NCBI RefSeq assembly: GCF_009914755.1
Contig: NC_060927.1
Direction: 5' to 3' (one strand)
From: the human T2T-CHM13v2.0 reference genome, Homo sapiens
Length of the DNA stretch: 64,000 nt
Below are positions 58,876-64,000 of the stretch, one piece after another (positions within the stretch are counted from its first letter, which is position 1; each line of letters starts with the position of its first letter). Position numbers and translations under genes: made by a program. The notes under the pieces were generated by a model, which worked only from the letters and a program-made list of their open reading frames with translations, was not told where the DNA came from and did not search any database.

Positions 58876-59575
58876 AATGATTATTAAAAAGTCCAGAAAT
58901 GACAGATGCTGGCGAGCTGCAGAGAAAAAAGAATGCTTTTACGCTGTTGATGGAAGTGTAAACCAGTTCAACCGTTGGGGAAGACAATGTGGTGATTCCT
59001 TAAATATCTGGAGGCAGAAAGACCATTAGATCCATCAATCTCGTTACTAGGTATATACCCAAAGGAATATAAAACATTCTATTATGAAGATACAGGCACA
59101 TGTATGTTCACTGCAGCATTATTCACAATACCAAAGACATGAAATCAACCCAAATGCCCATCCAGGATAGACTGGAAAAAGAAAATGTGGTACATATACA
59201 CCATGGAAGACTATGCAGCCATAAAAAGGCATGAGATCATGTCCTTTGCAGGGACATAGGAGGAGCTGAAAGCCGTCATCCCCAGCAAACTAATGCAGGA
59301 ACAGGAAACAAAACACCGCATGTTCTCACTTATAAGTGGGAGCTGAACAATGAGAACACATGGACATATTGCAGGGAACACACACTGCGGCCTGTCAGTG
59401 GGGGTGGGGGAAGGGATACCATCAGGAAGAATAGCTAATGGATGCTGGGCTTTATACCTAGGTGATGGGATGATCTTTGCAGCAAACTGCCATGGCACAC
59501 GTTTACCTATGTAACACACCTGCATATCCTGCACATTTACCCCAAAACTTAAAATAAAAGTTGAAGGAAAAAAAA
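58876..59575 (+). mobile_element. L1PA11-13-like 3' fragment (ORF2 end, 3'UTR, poly-A)
   Basis: CATCAGGAAGAATAGCTAATGGATGCTGGGCT...CTTAAAATAAAAGTTGAAGGAAAAAAAA. Confidence 0.9.
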
Positions 59576-62500
59576 GAGTCCAAGCCAACAGCAATCAACA
59601 GGAATTTTCTATGCAACAAACACATTCTAGGCTCCAGGGAAACAAAATTTTGTATTCATGCATAAGAATTTGACATATTAGTGAGCAACTCAAATTTATC
59701 TCAAGATTACAGGAAATTCATGAGGTATATATTTAGGGAAAGATGAAATTTCTAAACTCAGATAGTTCTGAATAAAAATCAATGGGCCCAAATCTTAACA
59801 ATGATGTACAAATCTGATATCTTCTTTTACAGAAGTATTATAGGCTGACAACTGAGATTTTGGCTGAAACACTGATGGCTATAAGTCATTATTTTTCTAT
59901 TTTAACATTAATAATAGTCTTTTTACTTTATATACACAATATAAAAATAATGTTATACAATATAAAATAATGTACTTCAAAACTGCCTTTCATAGAAAGA
60001 TTTTCAGGTAAATTTGGAACATCTCAACCTCACATTTAACAAAATTTCATCACTTGATCTTCAGCAGAAAATAACTGGATTTTTATTAGTAGCTACATTC
60101 TTATAACAATTTAAATCATTCAAGACAAAATAAAAATGTTTCATTAATTCCATTCTATATAATTTCAGAATTTTCTAAGCGTTTGTTTTAAGCATTGTGT
60201 TTAATATTTGAAAGTTATGCTATTATTTTAGAGCAAATTAGGAGTAAAAATCAGAATGCAAACATCAATAATCATAGTATCTATATACTTCTAGTAATTT
60301 TAAGTCTAATGATTTATTATATTTTATGAGCAAATTTTAATTGTATCTTTAGTACAGAGGCAAACGTTCTGTCCCTTGACATGGTAACACAACTTCATTT
60401 CACAAACACTAAGGAATTATCAGTTTAAATCTATCTTGCTCTGCAATTGTCAAATACCTGAAAGCATTGATGTTGGACATATAAGCCATTTATCTATTTG
60501 TTTGTCTATTTATATGTATACCTATCTATTTTTTTAAAAATGTACAGGTTGTTACCTCAATAAAACTGAGGCAAATTGAATTAGTTAATGGGTAGCACCA
60601 AATTTGTTTAGCGGTCTCATGCTTTTGCTTCTTTGAACCCGAAACAAAGAGAAGCACATCTGTAAAATTTAATAGGTACAATAATGATATAAAGCATGAG
60701 AAAAGTGCTAATATTTTCATCACAGACAGAATAGATTCATACATTTTTCTTGTTTTTATTTATGGGAGAAAGGACTTATAAAAGGCCATGTTTAAGATTT
60801 TCCTGCTACTTACATGTCTGAAATGGAAAACAGGGGAAGAGCATTTAGTTCATTCGAGCTACCCTTGTGACGTTAAAAAGAAAATTGATTGTGGTTTATT
60901 AGTCCTTTCCAATAAGCACTCAAAGGTTCAGCTAACTGAAAGCAATTGATACTAGTGGAATCGATGGTGCAGTAGAATACCCTAATGGGTATTGTTGGAA
61001 CTTTTAATTCTCATTATGCAGTTTATTCTTTCAAGGGTTATTTGATGGAGTTTTTGTTGATGAGTATCTTTAAAGCTTTTCTGCTTAAATAATTGGTTTA
61101 TTGAACAGCTCTGCCCTATTTTAGGTCAATTTACAGATACATGCATTGTGATTCATGCAAACATATAAGCATATTAAAAATGAAAAATTTACATAGCCTA
61201 CATAGTATTTATATTTCTTCCATTCCTTTCTCATTGATGGAATGCATCCAAGCTCCAATGATGTTCTTTCATTAAAAGTTATTGTAATTAAAAATTTCAG
61301 TCGGCTAACTTGTGATTGAACCAGTCAATGAGTTGCTGATATGTCACGTAAGATTAAATCTGAACAGTAGTATTTCATCTACCTTTCCTATTTGCATTTT
61401 CACTGCCAGTTTTTAAATGTAAATTAGAAAATGTTATCTTACATGATTCACAAATGCACACCTAAAACTGGTCTTTTTGTTTTAAAGAGACTATAATTTT
61501 AGCAAAGAGATCTACAGGAGGGGGAAAACTCCTAAACCTTCTGTATCAGAGCAAGCAAGGACTAAATTACAGGAGTAGCCATCTGCTTGCAATACTTACA
61601 GGAGGGAAGGGGAAAGAACAGTCTGAACTCACTGCTTTAAACTAAATCTTCCCCCTCTCCTCCTCTCCTCTTTCCTCTTTTTTTAAATGTTTTTTCTTTG
61701 ATTGTTCGTTTTGCTTTTCTACCTCCTCTAAACTAACAAAAGAAATATCTTCTTTCCTTCGTCTACTTCCAAGAACTTTGTGTCCCCTAAGAAATTGCTG
61801 GTGCGCACGTGTCGCCTCTCTCCTTGGACTAATAATGCTAAATTTCTTTAAATACCCCCTTGCAATTAGCTTATTTATTTCTCATCCACATGTTTCTAGC
61901 AAATATGTGGCTATGTACACAGATGAACACACATACACACACTGACACATATATGCACTCATTGCCTTGTTTAAGATAATCCATTAACCTAAGTAAATAT
62001 TTCTGAACATATTTTTGTAATGAAAATATGTATTGAAAATTTTAAGTCCCAACTTTCTTTACTTATAACTATAGTAAAATCAATAAAAGTTGAAAAATCC
62101 TTTATGAATACCCAAAGATATGCAAAATTTATTCTTTCTGTCAATATATTTTATGTAAACATAAAGATACATACATACTTATGTATATACAATATATTTT
62201 TATGTAAAAATGAAGATATATACATACTTATGTGTATATTTTTTCAAATAAATATTAGAAACGTTTTGATTTTAACAGATTGACTCCAGCAATTTAATCT
62301 AATATATTCTTAGTATCTTTCCATCAATTCAAAGACAATCAGAGAATATCAGTATAAAACTACAGGTATCATTTGAAGAAGACTAATAAAGTTTGCAGTT
62401 TTGTTAAGATGTATCTCCCTCAGATTTCTTACCACCCAGAATATGAAGTCTGTTGTGCCTGTCCTTACATGATGCCAAAGAATTTCTTTCACATGGGAAG

Positions 62501-62653
62501 TAGAAGTAATGTGGCAGGGTAGAAAGAAACTTAGATGAGGAATCAGAAGATAGGGGCTTCCATGATAGAGCTGCTGGTTATTACCTGCTCAAATTTGGGC
62601 TACTCACCTAACCATTGAGAAACTGAAAGTACTTGAATACTGAGAATGATAGG

Positions 62654-63052
62654 TGACATGGCTTGGATCTCTGTCCCTGCCCAAATCTCATGTCAAATTG
62701 TAATCCCTGATTTTGGAGGTGGGGCCTGGTGGGAGGTGATTGGATCATGGAGGCAGATTTCTCATTAATGGTTTAACAGCATCCGTTTGGCACTGTCCTT
62801 GTGCTAGTGAGTGAGTTCTCGTGACATCTGGTCTTTTAAAAGTGTTTAACACCTCCCCACTCCTTGCTCCTGCTCCTGCCATGTGAGATGACTCGCTCAC
62901 AATGGTTGGAAGCTTCCTGAGGCCTCCCTAGAAGCAGAAACCACTATGCTTCCTTTGCAGCCTGCAGAACCATGAACCAACTAAACCTTTTTCTTTATAA
63001 ATTACCCAGTTTCAGGTGTTTCTTTATAGCAGTGTGAGAATGCACTAATACA
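62654..63052 (+). mobile_element. MSTA solo LTR inserted into a MIR
   Basis: TGACATGGCTTGGATC...CACTAATACA; CCAAATCTCATGTCAAATTGTAATCCC; MIR-like sequence on both sides (about 62510-62650 and 63055-63150). Confidence 0.88.
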
Positions 63053-64000
63053 ACAGAGTTCCTGTAAAAATCAAATAAAATCATATATGTGAAAGTGCCC
63101 TGAAAACTCTTAATTCATATTAAATAGTATAATATTGTTGTTATTAATATTACCAATAATTTATAGGGAAAAGTAAAAACCTTGACATTGCTGAAGTGTG
63201 AAGTTTGGCCCAGCATGAAAGCAAAACACAACTTCTAATGAGGTTGAGATACTGTCCCTCTTTGGCCAAAGTTTTCTTTGCAGAAAATTTAAGGTGTAGT
63301 TCAGGTGCCAATATGTTGTAAGCACAATTTATATTGTGTAAATGGAGAAGAACATAAAATGAGTGTCATATTTCTGAAAAATATTTGAATATGTTCAATA
63401 ATTAAAATAAAGATGTCTAATGTGTTAAAGCAAACTCAGTGTTTAGCAAGCAAGACATTTGTTAATTATCACAGCTAGCAATTACTGAATGCTCATCAAA
63501 TGAAGGCACTCATAAAATTAAACATGTTGAAATAGGTCTTAAAAAATTCCTGACTACAAATAATTATATAAAACCATCATTGTGGTGATTATTTATACAT
63601 AGTTCTTTCATTTAATCTTTATCATATACTATTGAGGCATACAGTATCATTATATATTTTGTATTAATCCAAAGAACTTGATAGTTATAACCCATTTTAA
63701 TTATTATAAGACTACTACATAAAGAGGTTAAATTACTTTCCCAAGGTTGTAAGGTGAAAGTGTAATTAGACTGTAGGAACCTTATCCAAAAGCTTCTAAT
63801 CATTTGTAGAACTAACGCCCTGAGAACTCATCACACTCAAACAAATAAACAACTAGATTTAAGTTAGGATAAAGGTGAGAAAAAACCTAGGTGGTTTCCA
63901 GAAATTTCACCTTATGTTCTGTGATCTCCATGTGGGAGGTGTCAGTTAATTTTACCATCTACGAAAGCATTTTGAGAGGGTGCAGTGAAATAAAAATATA

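Overview
AT-rich, repeat-dense primate genomic DNA (AluJ/S/Y, L1PA, THE1/MST, MER4-group ERVs), intergenic or intronic. I see no credible host protein-coding gene, RNA gene or CRISPR array, and nearly all tracked ORFs are repeat-derived or chance ORFs. The main structures are: a full MST (MaLR) provirus (2509-5551); a two-LTR HUERS-P3/LTR9-like class I provirus with tRNA-Pro PBS and ACAG TSD (12836-20568) that keeps decayed gag and integrase but lacks RT, nested in an old L1 5' region; a MER4A solo LTR carrying a 157-bp templated copy of that provirus's env tail; a twin-primed, 3'-clipped L1PA with TSDs (32369-35934); and a MER85 piggyBac MITE. Unique-sequence oddities include a palindromic double octamer next to a 13-bp hairpin (9205-9267) and a well-formed candidate exon (49599-49761). 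I found no evidence for a wholly new biological system. Repeat family names come from my recall of consensus sequences and need RepeatMasker/Dfam confirmation.
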